Source of the DNA: Bryobacterales bacterium
GTDB taxonomy: Bacteria > Acidobacteriota > Terriglobia > Bryobacterales > Bryobacteraceae
DNA length: 55,238 nt
Direction: 5' to 3'
Assembly (NCBI GenBank): GCA_003169195.1
Contig: PMQB01000436.1
Coordinates: 1 to 55,238, forward strand
Shown here: one piece after another, positions 1 through 9,530 of the stretch
Numbering within the stretch: the stretch's first letter is position 1
Layout of the letters: the number at the start of each line of letters is the position of its first letter
Position numbers and translations under genes: made by a program
The notes under the pieces: model-generated
What the model was told of the DNA's origin: nothing
Database searches by the model: none
Seen by the model: only the letters and a program-made list of their open reading frames with translations

Positions 1-394
1 TCCACTCCACCAGATGACGGTCGGGGTCGAAGAAATAGACTTGAGGATAACCAGTGGGTGGGTGTGCTTTGATCACCATCTTCAGAGGATGATCATCGGG
101 CAGATCTTCGTGAAAGCCAGCAGCGTGCAGTTTGTCGAGCGCCGCGCGAAAACTGGGGACGCGGAGAGCGATGTGGGTTTCGAAGATCTCCATGGCGGCG
201 GGCGGACGCCACAGCGGTTCGGGTACGCGAACAATATGCAGTTCCTGACCGTGCGCGAGTTGGAACCACGCGCCCGGGAATGGGAACTCCGGCCGCGTCA
301 TTTCGGGGAGACCAAGGAAGCCACCGTAGAAGGCGCGCGATTTCTCAATATCGCTCACCGTGACTTGCATGTGGTGGAACGCGGTTTCAGACAT
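1..394 (-). CDS. VOC/glyoxalase-family protein, C-terminus cut by the window edge
   Basis: Reverse-strand translation from the ATG at 394..392 reads MSETAFHHMQVTVSDIEKSRAFYGGFLGLPEM...THIALRVPSF...YFFDPDRHLVEW, a typical VOC fold pattern. The frame stays open to position 1. The listed + ORF 14..403 is its antisense shadow. Confidence 0.7.
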   Translation of the reverse strand, partial: MSETAFHHMQVTVSDIEKSRAFYGGFLGLPEMTRPEFPFPGAWFQLAHGQELHIVRVPEPLWRPPAAMEIFETHIALRVPSFRAALDKLHAAGFHEDLPDDHPLKMVIKAHPPTGYPQVYFFDPDRHLVEW

Positions 395-399
395 GGGCG

Positions 400-828
400 T
401 TAAGCGGAGAAGCCTTTCGCTATCCATTTGGACCAATAGAAAGTCATGGGGACTTTGCCGGTGTTGATGATGCCGTGCAAGGTGTTGCCCGCGCAGTACA
501 TCATGGCGCCGGGTCCAACTTTGGTGACCTTGCCATCGCATTCAATTTCACCGGTACCTTCGCCGATGATGAGAAACTCCTCCTCGGGATGGCGATGAGG
601 CGGGTGTGGACTCGCACCGGGATCGAGGATGCAGGCGCCTGCGGAGATGCCGCTGAGTTGATCGGTGGGCCCGTTGTAATAGACGAAGACCTTTTGACCT
701 TCGAGCACGGTGGGTGCGGTGGTGGTCATATCTAAAACACCTTCGGGAAGTTTTTGAGCGGAGAATTCGGTGGAGACTGCGCCGTCTGTTTGAGCCATAG
801 ATTCAATATATAGCGGCGGAGAACTCAA
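400..828 (-). CDS. Cupin-domain protein
   Basis: HPPHRHPEEEFLIIGEGTGEIECDG...GAMMYCAGNTLHGIIN matches cupin motifs 1 and 2. The start is uncertain: TTG 828, ATG 798, or ATG 729 preceded by GAAGG. Confidence 0.8.
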   Translation of the reverse strand: MSSPPLYIESMAQTDGAVSTEFSAQKLPEGVLDMTTTAPTVLEGQKVFVYYNGPTDQLSGISAGACILDPGASPHPPHRHPEEEFLIIGEGTGEIECDGKVTKVGPGAMMYCAGNTLHGIINTGKVPMTFYWSKWIAKGFSA

Positions 829-906
829 GGCGGTCCGAAAAGAACCCGGCAGAAGGTTCTGGTGTTTCAGAACCGCCTGCCGGGCTTAGACAGCCTTTCG
901 GGGTTA

Positions 907-2193
907 TTACCACTTGCCTCCGAACGGCGCAAGACCACCGGGCGGGCACACATTGGCGGCCTGAAAACCGTGTTGCCCCATTGTGTACGTCCCATCCTTG
1001 TAGATGTAGTAACTCGCGCCTACCGAAGGGTCGGTTGGACTATTGAAGAAAAAGCTAAAGTAGGCCAACTCCTGCAAGTGATAGGGATACTTAAGAGGAT
1101 CTGTGGGCACAATATAGGTCGTTGGCATCAGATAGCCTGTCATCGGATCGCCTGATTCCCAAAGGTTGGAGCAACTCGTTGGGAATTCACCCAGGTAACC
1201 CCAGGCAGGAGCTAAATTCGTCCCCAGCGGATCGTCCATCCACTCGGCGATCTCATGGCTCGCCACTGTGGCGTCGGGAGCGCCAATCAAGGATGTCGTG
1301 TCCCAGTCCACAACCGCATAGGTCTGGACCGGTTTGCCGACGGCACCGTGATAGCCGGCTGTAACTAGCGTCAGCGGCAAAGTAGGCGGCGCCTGTACCA
1401 CGTTGTGGAACAGGAAAATGACGAACTCTTTAGGACCGATTACTCCCTCACTCTGAAGGGACGGTATGACGGCGCTCTCCAGGAACGCTTGCAGTTGACC
1501 GGGAGGAAGAGTGCCCAAATCTCTGTACAGAGTCGTCCCTGGGATTGGCAAATGGAAGACAGTAAGTGGGGCTCCTGTTATAGTCAACTTCGGCGCATAC
1601 GTGAAATTGATCGGGTTCTGGTAGGCTGAACTTTGGCCTATCGTGTTCCAGAACTCAGCTCTCCGGAAAGCGTTGATGAACTGAGTGTTCCCCATAGGTT
1701 GGTTAAATACAGTCTGGTTCATATTGTTAGTAATCGGGGAGTTCTGAAACCTGGTCAACGCAGAAACGTTGCTATCGTTTGGATCGCCGACAGTCGGATC
1801 AAAGGTGAAGGCCCCGGTCGTGAAGACAACCGGCACTACGACGGCGTTGATCGGCGGACTGCTGCTCCAGCTACCCGAACTTAGCGGATTCAGGCCGCTA
1901 GGATCAAACGGATTCGTTCCGACGATCGTGCTCGTGTATGTTTTGCCGTCCTTCGTAGCCACGTGGCTGAAGGTTGACGTGGGAATCGTGACCGACAGGG
2001 CCTGAGGATCTTTAACACTGCCCCCGGCCGAGCCCACCACAGCCCGGTGTTCCTGCAACGGCGGCGTGGTCCACTCCATCTGTTGTGCGACAGCCATGGG
2101 TGACATGGCTAACAGGCATGTCACGACGAGAGCCAGCGGAGACGCCTTTAGCGCAGCGCCGACGAGTTTTTGAGAGAGAGTCATAAGTTTCAT
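907..2193 (-). CDS. Secreted hypothetical protein (428 aa)
   Basis: Long ORF with AAGGAAA 8-9 nt upstream of the ATG. The N-terminal signal peptide reads ...LALVVTCLLAMSPMAVAQQ. I do not recognise a family. Confidence 0.75.
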   Translation of the reverse strand: MKLMTLSQKLVGAALKASPLALVVTCLLAMSPMAVAQQMEWTTPPLQEHRAVVGSAGGSVKDPQALSVTIPTSTFSHVATKDGKTYTSTIVGTNPFDPSGLNPLSSGSWSSSPPINAVVVPVVFTTGAFTFDPTVGDPNDSNVSALTRFQNSPITNNMNQTVFNQPMGNTQFINAFRRAEFWNTIGQSSAYQNPINFTYAPKLTITGAPLTVFHLPIPGTTLYRDLGTLPPGQLQAFLESAVIPSLQSEGVIGPKEFVIFLFHNVVQAPPTLPLTLVTAGYHGAVGKPVQTYAVVDWDTTSLIGAPDATVASHEIAEWMDDPLGTNLAPAWGYLGEFPTSCSNLWESGDPMTGYLMPTTYIVPTDPLKYPYHLQELAYFSFFFNSPTDPSVGASYYIYKDGTYTMGQHGFQAANVCPPGGLAPFGGKW

Positions 2194-2535
2194 TTGAGAG
2201 TTTTCCTTTTCTGTTTTTCAGAGTCCGACAAGCTTTCCGCATGGCGGCTTCACCCTCGAATGCGGAACTGTCGAAAAAACGGGATCAAGAAAATTCACAC
2301 CACGCTGCAATTCCCAATCGCCTAAGGTTTGCAGCCAGGTCTGGCAGAAGTAACCCACTGCACCCCGAGCGCCTCGGTAACAAGGCAGTTATCCAATCAG
2401 TTCACCTGCATTTGTTCCGATAAGATAATCCCCGAGCTAATACTCCGTCAAAACCAGGAAAAATCAGCCTCCGCTCGTTTGGCCAAACTCGTGCTCCTAG
2501 TTGACCCGTAGCTTCATCTCAAAAACCGACGAAAA

Positions 2536-3285
2536 GTGAGAAAAAACACGTCGACCAACCCTCTGCCACCACCTTCTTCCGATGCTGCTGGCTCACCCGC
2601 CGATCGAAATGTCGGTGGCTCTAGTAATTGCTATGCGGATAGCGCGAGTATGTACAACGCACTGGGCTGGGAGACGGTCGCCACTAAGCTGGAGCAAACC
2701 CGGCAAGGTCCGGGAGAAGTAACCCGACTGCTCAGGAAACTGCCTGAGCGGAAGAGCGACGATTCCGCGCGCCTGATCGAACTCATCTATCAGGAACTGC
2801 GCGCTATGGCGGGCCGCTGCATGCGACGCGAACGGCCAAACCACACTTTGCAAGCCACCGTGTTGGTTCACGAAGCGTATCTGCGGTTGGCTGGCGAAGA
2901 CATCGTCTGGCAGGGGCGCGCTCACTTTTTCGGCACCGCGGCGCGCGTGATGCGCCGCATCCTCCTCGATTACGCTCGCGAGCACAACTCTTTGAAACGC
3001 GGCAGCGGCGCCTTCCCGGTGACTCTGGAAGACAAACTGCTGTTGACCGAAGACAACCTCGATACAGTGTTGATCCTGGATGAAAGTCTGCACAGGCTAG
3101 CGGCCGTCGACGCCGAACAATGCCGCCTGGTGGAGTTACGTTTCTTCGCCGGTCTGAATGTGGAAGAAACTTCGGAACTCATGGGTATTTCCACGGCCAC
3201 CGTGAAGCGCGAGTGGAGCCACGCCAAGGCTTGGCTGGCCAGAGACATGAGATCGCAGGGGACCACCCATGCAACCGGGCATTAG
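2536..3285 (+). CDS. ECF-type RNA polymerase sigma factor (Sigma70_ECF / PF07638-like, kinase-associated type)
   Basis: GEVTRLLRKL...LIELIYQELRAMAGRCMRRERPNHTLQATVLVHEAYLRL plus a C-terminal region-4 HTH (VEETSELMGISTATVKREW). The true start may be the ATG at 2650 (MYNALGW...). Confidence 0.85.
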   Translation: MRKNTSTNPLPPPSSDAAGSPADRNVGGSSNCYADSASMYNALGWETVATKLEQTRQGPGEVTRLLRKLPERKSDDSARLIELIYQELRAMAGRCMRRERPNHTLQATVLVHEAYLRLAGEDIVWQGRAHFFGTAARVMRRILLDYAREHNSLKRGSGAFPVTLEDKLLLTEDNLDTVLILDESLHRLAAVDAEQCRLVELRFFAGLNVEETSELMGISTATVKREWSHAKAWLARDMRSQGTTHATGH

Positions 3286-5845
3286 CCAAGAACGCTCGGC
3301 CAGGGACGAGGCGAAACGAATCTTCGCGCTGGTTCTCGAACGCGAGCCGCCCCATCGCGAGCAGTACTTGCGCGAGCTCTGCGGCACTCGGCTCTCCGTG
3401 TATGAAGAAGTCAGTTCTCTGCTGGCCAGCACGGGCCTCGACAGCTTCCTCGAGCACCCGCCCGCCGGAGCCATCACAGTCGGTATGACTGGTCCAGCCG
3501 ATCCCCTGATCGGCCGCCGCATAGGATCGTACAAAGTCCTGCGTCGGATTGGCTCTGGGGGAATGGGCGCGGTCTATCTGGCGCAGCGAGACGACGACCA
3601 GTTTCGCAAGCGTGTTGCACTTAAAGCCATACGAGCGGGGCTGATCGAAGAGCACGTATTGCGTCGATTTCAAAACGAGCGGCAGTTGCTGGCAGTGCTC
3701 AATCACCCGAACATCGTCAATCTGCTCGACGGCGGGAACACGGAAGATGGCGTTCCCTGGCTGGCGATGGAGTATATCGAGGGTCAGCCGATCGACAAGT
3801 TTTGCGCCGCCCGCAAAATGCAGTTGCGGGAAAAGCTAGAGCTATTGAGAACAGTCCTCGGAGCGGTGCATTACGCACACCAGAACCTGATCGTGCATCG
3901 GGATTTGAAGCCCGGCAATATTCTGGTCACCGCAGAGGGGATTCCAAAACTCTTGGATTTTGGCATCGCCAAACTGTTGCGACCGGAGTTCTTGGCGAAT
4001 TCGATCGGGCTGACGCGCACGGAAATGCAGCCCATGACCCCCGAATACGCGAGCCCCGAGCAGGTGCGCGGCCAGCCAGTCACGACCGCCAGCGACATCT
4101 ACTCCTTGGGCGTGATTCTTTACCGGCTGCTGACAGGGTGCCACCCTTACGAATCAAAAACAAACAACGCTTTTGAGTTGGAGCAGGCCATTTGTGAAAG
4201 CGAGCCCGAACGGCCAAGCCAGTGCGCGGTTCATGCGCACGCGCTGCCGCCCGCGGAAGCGCGCCTGCTGCGTGGCGATGTCGACACCATCGCTTTGAAA
4301 GCGATGAGCAAGGACCCTAGGCGGCGCTATGCTTCCGCCGAACACTTTGCCGAGGACATTCGGCGATTTTTGGAAGGCCGGCCCATTCTGGCCCGCAAGG
4401 CTAGCGTCAGGTACCGGGCTTCAAAGTTTGTCGAACGGCACAGAGCCAGTACCGCTGCAGGCGTCCTGTTGCTGGCACTGCTAGTCTTTCTTAGCTGGAC
4501 TTCCATTCAGGAAAAGCGGGCAGCCGAGCGCAGGTTCGACGATCTGCGGACATTCGCAAACTGGACTCTAACGGAACTCGACAACAAGCTGCGTGACGGC
4601 CCAACACCGGCGCGCATGGAACTCACTCGACAGGGCCTTCAATATCTGGACAGCTTGGAGCGCGAGAAAAGTGATCCAGCGCTGCGCCGCGAGTTGTTCA
4701 ACGGCTATATGAAGACGGGTGAGGTGCAAGGGAGTCTTTACCGCGCCAGCTTGGGCGAAACGGGCCAGGCCGAAGTGAGTTATGGCAAAGCGCTGGCGAT
4801 CGCCGAGGATCTGCTGCGCGGCGCTCCGCACGATATTGAAAACCAGCGGGGTGTGGTGCAAGCTAACGTCGCACTGGGCCAGGTGCTAGCCGCCACCGGA
4901 AATAAGTTGGAAGCGATGAAGCACCTGGACGAAGCGTTCCGCGTAAACATCGCCGTCCAGGCGGTTCAACCCTACGATCAGAAAACGCTGCTGGATACGA
5001 GAAGGGTCTGGCTGAGCATTGGAAACACTCGCGCGCTATCGTCCGACCCGGAGGGTGCGCTGGAGAGTTATCGCGAGGCTCTTGCCACTGTAGAAAGGCT
5101 GCCCGCTTCCTACCAGAAAAAGAATTACCAGATCGCCTTCGCGAGCGAACTGGTGGCTGAGTTTAGCGCATTGTGCGGTGATCCCGCGGACTCGGAACAA
5201 ACGATCCGCAAGTCGATTGCCACTTACCAGGAGTTCTTCAACGCTCATCCTACTGCCGACGTGCAGCGCAATTTGGCGAAGGCCTGGAAGAGCCTGGCGG
5301 AAGTGCAAAGCGCTTCAGGGAAAACAGCCGAAGCGCTGAGGTCTGTGCAGCAAAGCCAGCAAATCACCGAGGACATGATCAAGGTAGATCCGCAGAACCA
5401 AGCGCTTCAGATCGACCGTGAGCAATCGCTATTTCGCGAGATCCGCCTTTTGGAGGTCAGCGGCAACATTACCAAGCAACGGATTGAGACCCGGCGCGCA
5501 CTGGCGATGATGAAACAGCAAGCGGACCGCAAAGATGCGACCTATCAGCCCGCTAGCGACTACGCCGAACTACTAGCCACCACTCCATTCCCGGAGTTGC
5601 GCGACAATCCCGGTGCTTTGCAATATGCTCACCAAGCCGCAAGCATGACTCACCAAACGGATCCCAACGTCCTACATGTGCTGGCCATCGCCTATGAGAA
5701 GAACGGTGATCTCGCGAGAGCGCTCGACACGGAGCGTAAAGCCTTGGCTCAATTGCCTCCTGCGAAGGCGGGACGCCCGTCTTATGGACTCCGCAAGACC
5801 TTGGAAGACGAGTTAGCCAACCTTTCGGTTCCGCGAAATCCGTAG
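3269..5845 (+). CDS. Ser/Thr protein kinase with one TM segment and a TPR-like extracytoplasmic tail
   Basis: Hanks kinase motifs GSGGMGAVY, VALK, HRDLKPGNILV, DFGIAK and SPEQ. A TM segment (AAGVLLLALLVFLSWTSI) is followed by about 450 aa of helical-repeat sequence. The gene overlaps the upstream sigma gene by 17 nt. Confidence 0.9.
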   Translation: MQPGISQERSARDEAKRIFALVLEREPPHREQYLRELCGTRLSVYEEVSSLLASTGLDSFLEHPPAGAITVGMTGPADPLIGRRIGSYKVLRRIGSGGMGAVYLAQRDDDQFRKRVALKAIRAGLIEEHVLRRFQNERQLLAVLNHPNIVNLLDGGNTEDGVPWLAMEYIEGQPIDKFCAARKMQLREKLELLRTVLGAVHYAHQNLIVHRDLKPGNILVTAEGIPKLLDFGIAKLLRPEFLANSIGLTRTEMQPMTPEYASPEQVRGQPVTTASDIYSLGVILYRLLTGCHPYESKTNNAFELEQAICESEPERPSQCAVHAHALPPAEARLLRGDVDTIALKAMSKDPRRRYASAEHFAEDIRRFLEGRPILARKASVRYRASKFVERHRASTAAGVLLLALLVFLSWTSIQEKRAAERRFDDLRTFANWTLTELDNKLRDGPTPARMELTRQGLQYLDSLEREKSDPALRRELFNGYMKTGEVQGSLYRASLGETGQAEVSYGKALAIAEDLLRGAPHDIENQRGVVQANVALGQVLAATGNKLEAMKHLDEAFRVNIAVQAVQPYDQKTLLDTRRVWLSIGNTRALSSDPEGALESYREALATVERLPASYQKKNYQIAFASELVAEFSALCGDPADSEQTIRKSIATYQEFFNAHPTADVQRNLAKAWKSLAEVQSASGKTAEALRSVQQSQQITEDMIKVDPQNQALQIDREQSLFREIRLLEVSGNITKQRIETRRALAMMKQQADRKDATYQPASDYAELLATTPFPELRDNPGALQYAHQAASMTHQTDPNVLHVLAIAYEKNGDLARALDTERKALAQLPPAKAGRPSYGLRKTLEDELANLSVPRNP

Positions 5846-6538
5846 GCCGTAAAGCAGGATCGCCGCCAGTCCACATAGAACGAGCCGTGCATCGGCGGGC
5901 TCTAGGGTCTCGCTGAGCGTCACCACATCGTTCTCGATGCCAAAATTGGTGGTATCGAAGGCTGCGTTCAGAATAATGTTGTTTTGTATGCCCCATGTTG
6001 TGGAAGACACCGAGCCAAAAAGATTGGAAATGGGCGCGCCTTCAGATACGCTCTCGCTCGTCGCCCCGGTAGAACAGGCGCCGTTGACGAACGCCGACCC
6101 CACGCAGAGACCGGTAGTGATGTTAACCGGCCCGGGATCGAGTATGTCGCGCAGATCACCGCTAGGGTCGTCGAAGGTAAATCCAATCTGATAATCCACG
6201 AGGCCGACTCCACTGGCAGCTTGATTGTTGAACACGAACTCAACGCCATCCGTAACTCCTATTCCATTGCCCGCCGATAGACCTTCAGGCAATGTGCCCC
6301 CAGACGTCAGGTTTGGGAAGAGCAGCACGCTGATATTCGCCGCGCGAATCGGCACGGTCGTGCCATCGGGCGCTATAACACTGAACGAAAAATCCGAGAG
6401 CATAACGCCCGCCAGATCCGTGCAGGTGCCAGCATTGATATAGTCCTGCAACGTGGTCCCGGAACTTCCGCATGGGCTTGCGAGAGCGCAGCAACTACAA
6501 GTCAGGAAAAGAAATGCTATCCCGAATGAGCGTTTCAT
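5813..6538 (-). CDS. Secreted protein with a PEP-CTERM-like C-terminal sorting tail
   Basis: Signal peptide MKRSFGIAFLFLTCSCCALA. The C-terminus reads ...TLEPADARLVLCGLAAILLYGLRISRNRKVG (EP motif, hydrophobic helix, basic cluster). The ORF extends to 6598, but the Met at 6538 gives a canonical signal peptide. Confidence 0.6.
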   Translation of the reverse strand: MKRSFGIAFLFLTCSCCALASPCGSSGTTLQDYINAGTCTDLAGVMLSDFSFSVIAPDGTTVPIRAANISVLLFPNLTSGGTLPEGLSAGNGIGVTDGVEFVFNNQAASGVGLVDYQIGFTFDDPSGDLRDILDPGPVNITTGLCVGSAFVNGACSTGATSESVSEGAPISNLFGSVSSTTWGIQNNIILNAAFDTTNFGIENDVVTLSETLEPADARLVLCGLAAILLYGLRISRNRKVG

Positions 6539-6699
6539 TGCTAGAAATGGAACATCTTGAGCAGGTAACACTAGCCCCTTGAATACTCTAAACCGCATAG
6601 GCTCCTCCGTTCGATATAACTATATATCCAAATTGCCACCTCATGTTGCCGCCGAGCGGGCCAAAGTAGAATAAGCTTTGTAGAAAAAACAATTACCTT

Positions 6700-8061
6700 A
6701 TGCCGCCCCGCCATTTCTACTTTGCCGCCCTCCTCCTATCTCTCTCCGCCTTTGACCTATCGGCCGAAATCACGTACTCTCGCGACATCGCTCCTATCCT
6801 CTATCAACACTGCACTGCCTGCCACCATCCCAACGACATTGCTCCTATGTCCTTGATGGATTACAAATCCGCCCGCCCCTGGGCCCAAGCAATTCGCCAA
6901 GCCATACTTCTCAAGAAAATGCCGCCCTGGTTTGCAGACCGCTCCATCGGCCACTTCGCCAACGACCCTACGCTCAGTGAGGCCGAACGCCAATCCATCG
7001 TCGCTTGGGTCGAACAAGGAGCCAAAGAAGGCGAGCCGAAAGACTTACCGCCCGCACCTGCTTATACAGAGGGCTGGCGCATCGGCAAACCTGACGCCAT
7101 CTTCGATATCGGCGAAGACCACTTAGTCAAAGAAACGGCCGTCGACGAGTACGTCTATTTCACCGTGCCCACTCATTTCACGGAAGGTCACTGGGTCCAA
7201 GCGGTCGAACTTCGCCCGGGTAATCGCGAAGTAGTTCATCACGCACACGTCAGCGTGGTGGAACCAAGCGCTCCCAAAGCTGCTATCCACACAACCACAG
7301 CGAATAAAAGCTTCGCCGACTACCTGCTACGCACCAGCGACGGTTTGCGCCACATGCGCCCCGAGTCGCCGGTGGTGAATGACGCCTGCGGTTACACGGG
7401 CCCCGATATCGACAGGCTGCGCATCGCCGGCGAAGGGGCGCTCGGTTCTTACCTGCCTGGCATGCCGCCCGACACGTACCGCAGCGACACCGCTAAGTGG
7501 ATTCCGGCCGGCGCTCAATTGCGTTTCCAGATCCACTATCACCGCGAAGCATCGAACGCCAAGGAATTCGTCACCGACCGAACCCGTGTCGGACTGATCT
7601 TTGCAGCCGCCCCGCCGCGCTATCCGCTACGCCGCATGGATGTGGATAACGATTTCTTCTCCATCCCTGCCGGTGTGGCTGAGCAAGCGGTCACTCAATG
7701 CGCTACCTTCAACGCGGATTCGCTGCTGCTGTCCATCACGCCGCACATGCATTTTCGCGGCAAAGATGCGCGCTTCGAAATCCAGCGTCCAGGACAAACC
7801 ACCACCGAAACGCTCTTGCTTGTACCCCAGTACGATTTCAACTGGCAGCTCAAATATCTGCTGCAATCGCCCGTCTTCATCCCAAAAGGCACACGCCTGA
7901 TCATGACCTTTCATTACGACAACAGCGCCAACAACAAGTTCAATCCAGACCCCGCGCGCACCATCCGCTGGGGCGAGCCAAGCGAAGAAGAAATGATGAG
8001 CGGCTGGATCGATTACATCGAAGCACCCGCGTGCGGCTTCACCTGCGGCGCATCCAACTGA
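6700..8061 (+). CDS. Copper type II ascorbate-dependent monooxygenase-like (PHM/DBH-fold) protein with an N-terminal CxxCH heme-c-type motif
   Basis: A signal peptide is followed by IAPILYQHCTACHHPNDIAPMSL (planctomycete cytochrome-c-like). The candidate copper ligands are VVHHAHV and QIHYH (CuH-like), then PHMHFRGKD and EEEMMSGW (CuM-like H-x-H ... M). Confidence 0.8.
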   Translation: MPPRHFYFAALLLSLSAFDLSAEITYSRDIAPILYQHCTACHHPNDIAPMSLMDYKSARPWAQAIRQAILLKKMPPWFADRSIGHFANDPTLSEAERQSIVAWVEQGAKEGEPKDLPPAPAYTEGWRIGKPDAIFDIGEDHLVKETAVDEYVYFTVPTHFTEGHWVQAVELRPGNREVVHHAHVSVVEPSAPKAAIHTTTANKSFADYLLRTSDGLRHMRPESPVVNDACGYTGPDIDRLRIAGEGALGSYLPGMPPDTYRSDTAKWIPAGAQLRFQIHYHREASNAKEFVTDRTRVGLIFAAAPPRYPLRRMDVDNDFFSIPAGVAEQAVTQCATFNADSLLLSITPHMHFRGKDARFEIQRPGQTTTETLLLVPQYDFNWQLKYLLQSPVFIPKGTRLIMTFHYDNSANNKFNPDPARTIRWGEPSEEEMMSGWIDYIEAPACGFTCGASN

Positions 8062-8115
8062 TTTCCGTCTATAGGCATTCGTCAGCGAATTCTTTGCGTA
8101 ACACCAAACCCGCCG

Positions 8116-8508
8116 CTAGTAACGCGCCAACTGGGTGAGTTGAATGAGGTTGCCGCAGGTGTCGTTTAACTTCGCAATGGTGGCGAACTTCACGTCGGTA
8201 GGCGGCATGGCGAACTCAGTGCCGTGAGCCTTGATCCGCTCGTAGTCGGCCTTCACGTCGTCGGTGAAGAAGTTGGCTGCGGGTTGGCCCTGCTGAAAAA
8301 TCGCTTGCTGATACGCTTTGGCCGCCGGGTTGTCGTTCAGCACCAGTTGCAGTTCAGTGCCGTCTAGATCCTCGGGCGACGCCACAGTCAGCCAGCGAAA
8401 TGGACCCTGACTGAAATCGGCCTTCTTGGCAAAGCCGAGCACCTCAGTATAGAAGCGCAGGGCCTTGTCCTGGTCATCCACATATACGCTCGTCAGTTTG
8501 ATTTGCAT
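8116..8508 (-). CDS. VOC/glyoxalase-bleomycin resistance family protein
   Basis: MQIKLTSVYVDDQDKALRFYTEVLGFAKK... AAGGAG lies upstream of the ATG at 8508. The ORF track extends to 8544, but that start has no RBS. Confidence 0.85.
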   Translation of the reverse strand: MQIKLTSVYVDDQDKALRFYTEVLGFAKKADFSQGPFRWLTVASPEDLDGTELQLVLNDNPAAKAYQQAIFQQGQPAANFFTDDVKADYERIKAHGTEFAMPPTDVKFATIAKLNDTCGNLIQLTQLARY

Positions 8509-8834
8509 TTCGTTCTCCTTTGTCAAATTTGCGCTGTGCGCCACGGCGTTGTCTGCCTCTGGTTGATTCTACGAAACCGAAACCCGGGACAGGTCACATC
8601 AGGTCTGCTGGTTTTCTTGCCAACGAAACCCGCAAACACCCGGGCTACCCCCGCCGCTTTTATTCACTACGGTTGAATCTAAAGAACTTAGCCACTAGCA
8701 ATAATCATCCTCGCCAAACGCGCCTTCAGCCCCACGAAAACTTCCCCTCACCCTCCCTGTTTTCAATCATTTACCCGCAAAATCCTTTGAACTTCCGGCC
8801 CCCCGCTTGCGTTTAACCAAATGACGTTTTGAAT

Positions 8835-9521
8835 ATGGCGACCGCAGCGACGTTTCCAATTTCGGTAGACTCGAAGATTCTGGCAGGAGCGAAAGCCTTG
8901 GCCCCCTGGAGCTGGGCCAACGCCTCCGCTGCCGGGGTGAGGGTAAGACGGCCGTTGGACGCTGAAACCAGTCTGATCGAGCGCTGCTTGAGTGGGGAGC
9001 AGGGCGCTTGGGACGAACTCGTCAAAACGTACACCAAACGTGTCTACGGCATTTGCTACCGCTTTACCGGCCGCGACAACGAAGCGCAAGACCTGACGCA
9101 GGATGTTTTCCTGCGTGTCTTCAAAACCCTGGGCAGCTTCCGCGCCGGCGAAGGCTCGTTCGTGGTCTGGCTCACCCGCCTCACCCGTAACCTTTTGGTC
9201 GATCATTATCGTCGCACCAAGCATGATCGCGTCACCGACGCGCTTGAGGACAAACTCGCCACGCTGGAAGAACGCACCGCCCAATCGTCGCGGACCGATG
9301 GCATGCTGGCCGGCCGCGAAGCCGGCGAACTTCTGCAAGCCGCCTTGCAAAAGCTGTCGCCCGAGTTGCGCGAAGCCGTCATCTTGCGAGATCTGCAGGA
9401 GATGGAATATCGCGAAATCGCCAAAGTTTTAGATGTACCCGAAGGAACCGTAAAATCGCGGCTGAACCGTGGCCGCGCCGAATTAGGAAAAGTTTTGAAG
9501 CGCAACAAGGTAACCGTTTAA
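8835..9521 (+). CDS. ECF sigma factor (sigma-24/SigE-like)
   Basis: Region 2 reads LIERCLSGEQGAWDELVKTYTKRVYGICYRFTGRDNEAQDLTQDVFLRVF...WLTRLTRNLLVDHYRR. Region 4 reads EYREIAKVLDVPEGTVKSRLNRGR. Confidence 0.9.
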   Translation: MATAATFPISVDSKILAGAKALAPWSWANASAAGVRVRRPLDAETSLIERCLSGEQGAWDELVKTYTKRVYGICYRFTGRDNEAQDLTQDVFLRVFKTLGSFRAGEGSFVVWLTRLTRNLLVDHYRRTKHDRVTDALEDKLATLEERTAQSSRTDGMLAGREAGELLQAALQKLSPELREAVILRDLQEMEYREIAKVLDVPEGTVKSRLNRGRAELGKVLKRNKVTV

Positions 9522-9530
9522 AGAGCCCTT

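Noticed and set aside
14-403. 129-aa + strand ORF at the left edge
   Set aside because: Its translation has no recognisable fold. The opposite strand reads as a clean VOC/glyoxalase protein starting at 394, so this is an antisense shadow ORF typical of GC-rich DNA.
907-2193. The HEIAEW segment as a zincin metalloprotease motif
   Set aside because: The motif is HExxE, not HExxH, and I could not identify a third ligand or a Met-turn. This is too weak to call a protease.
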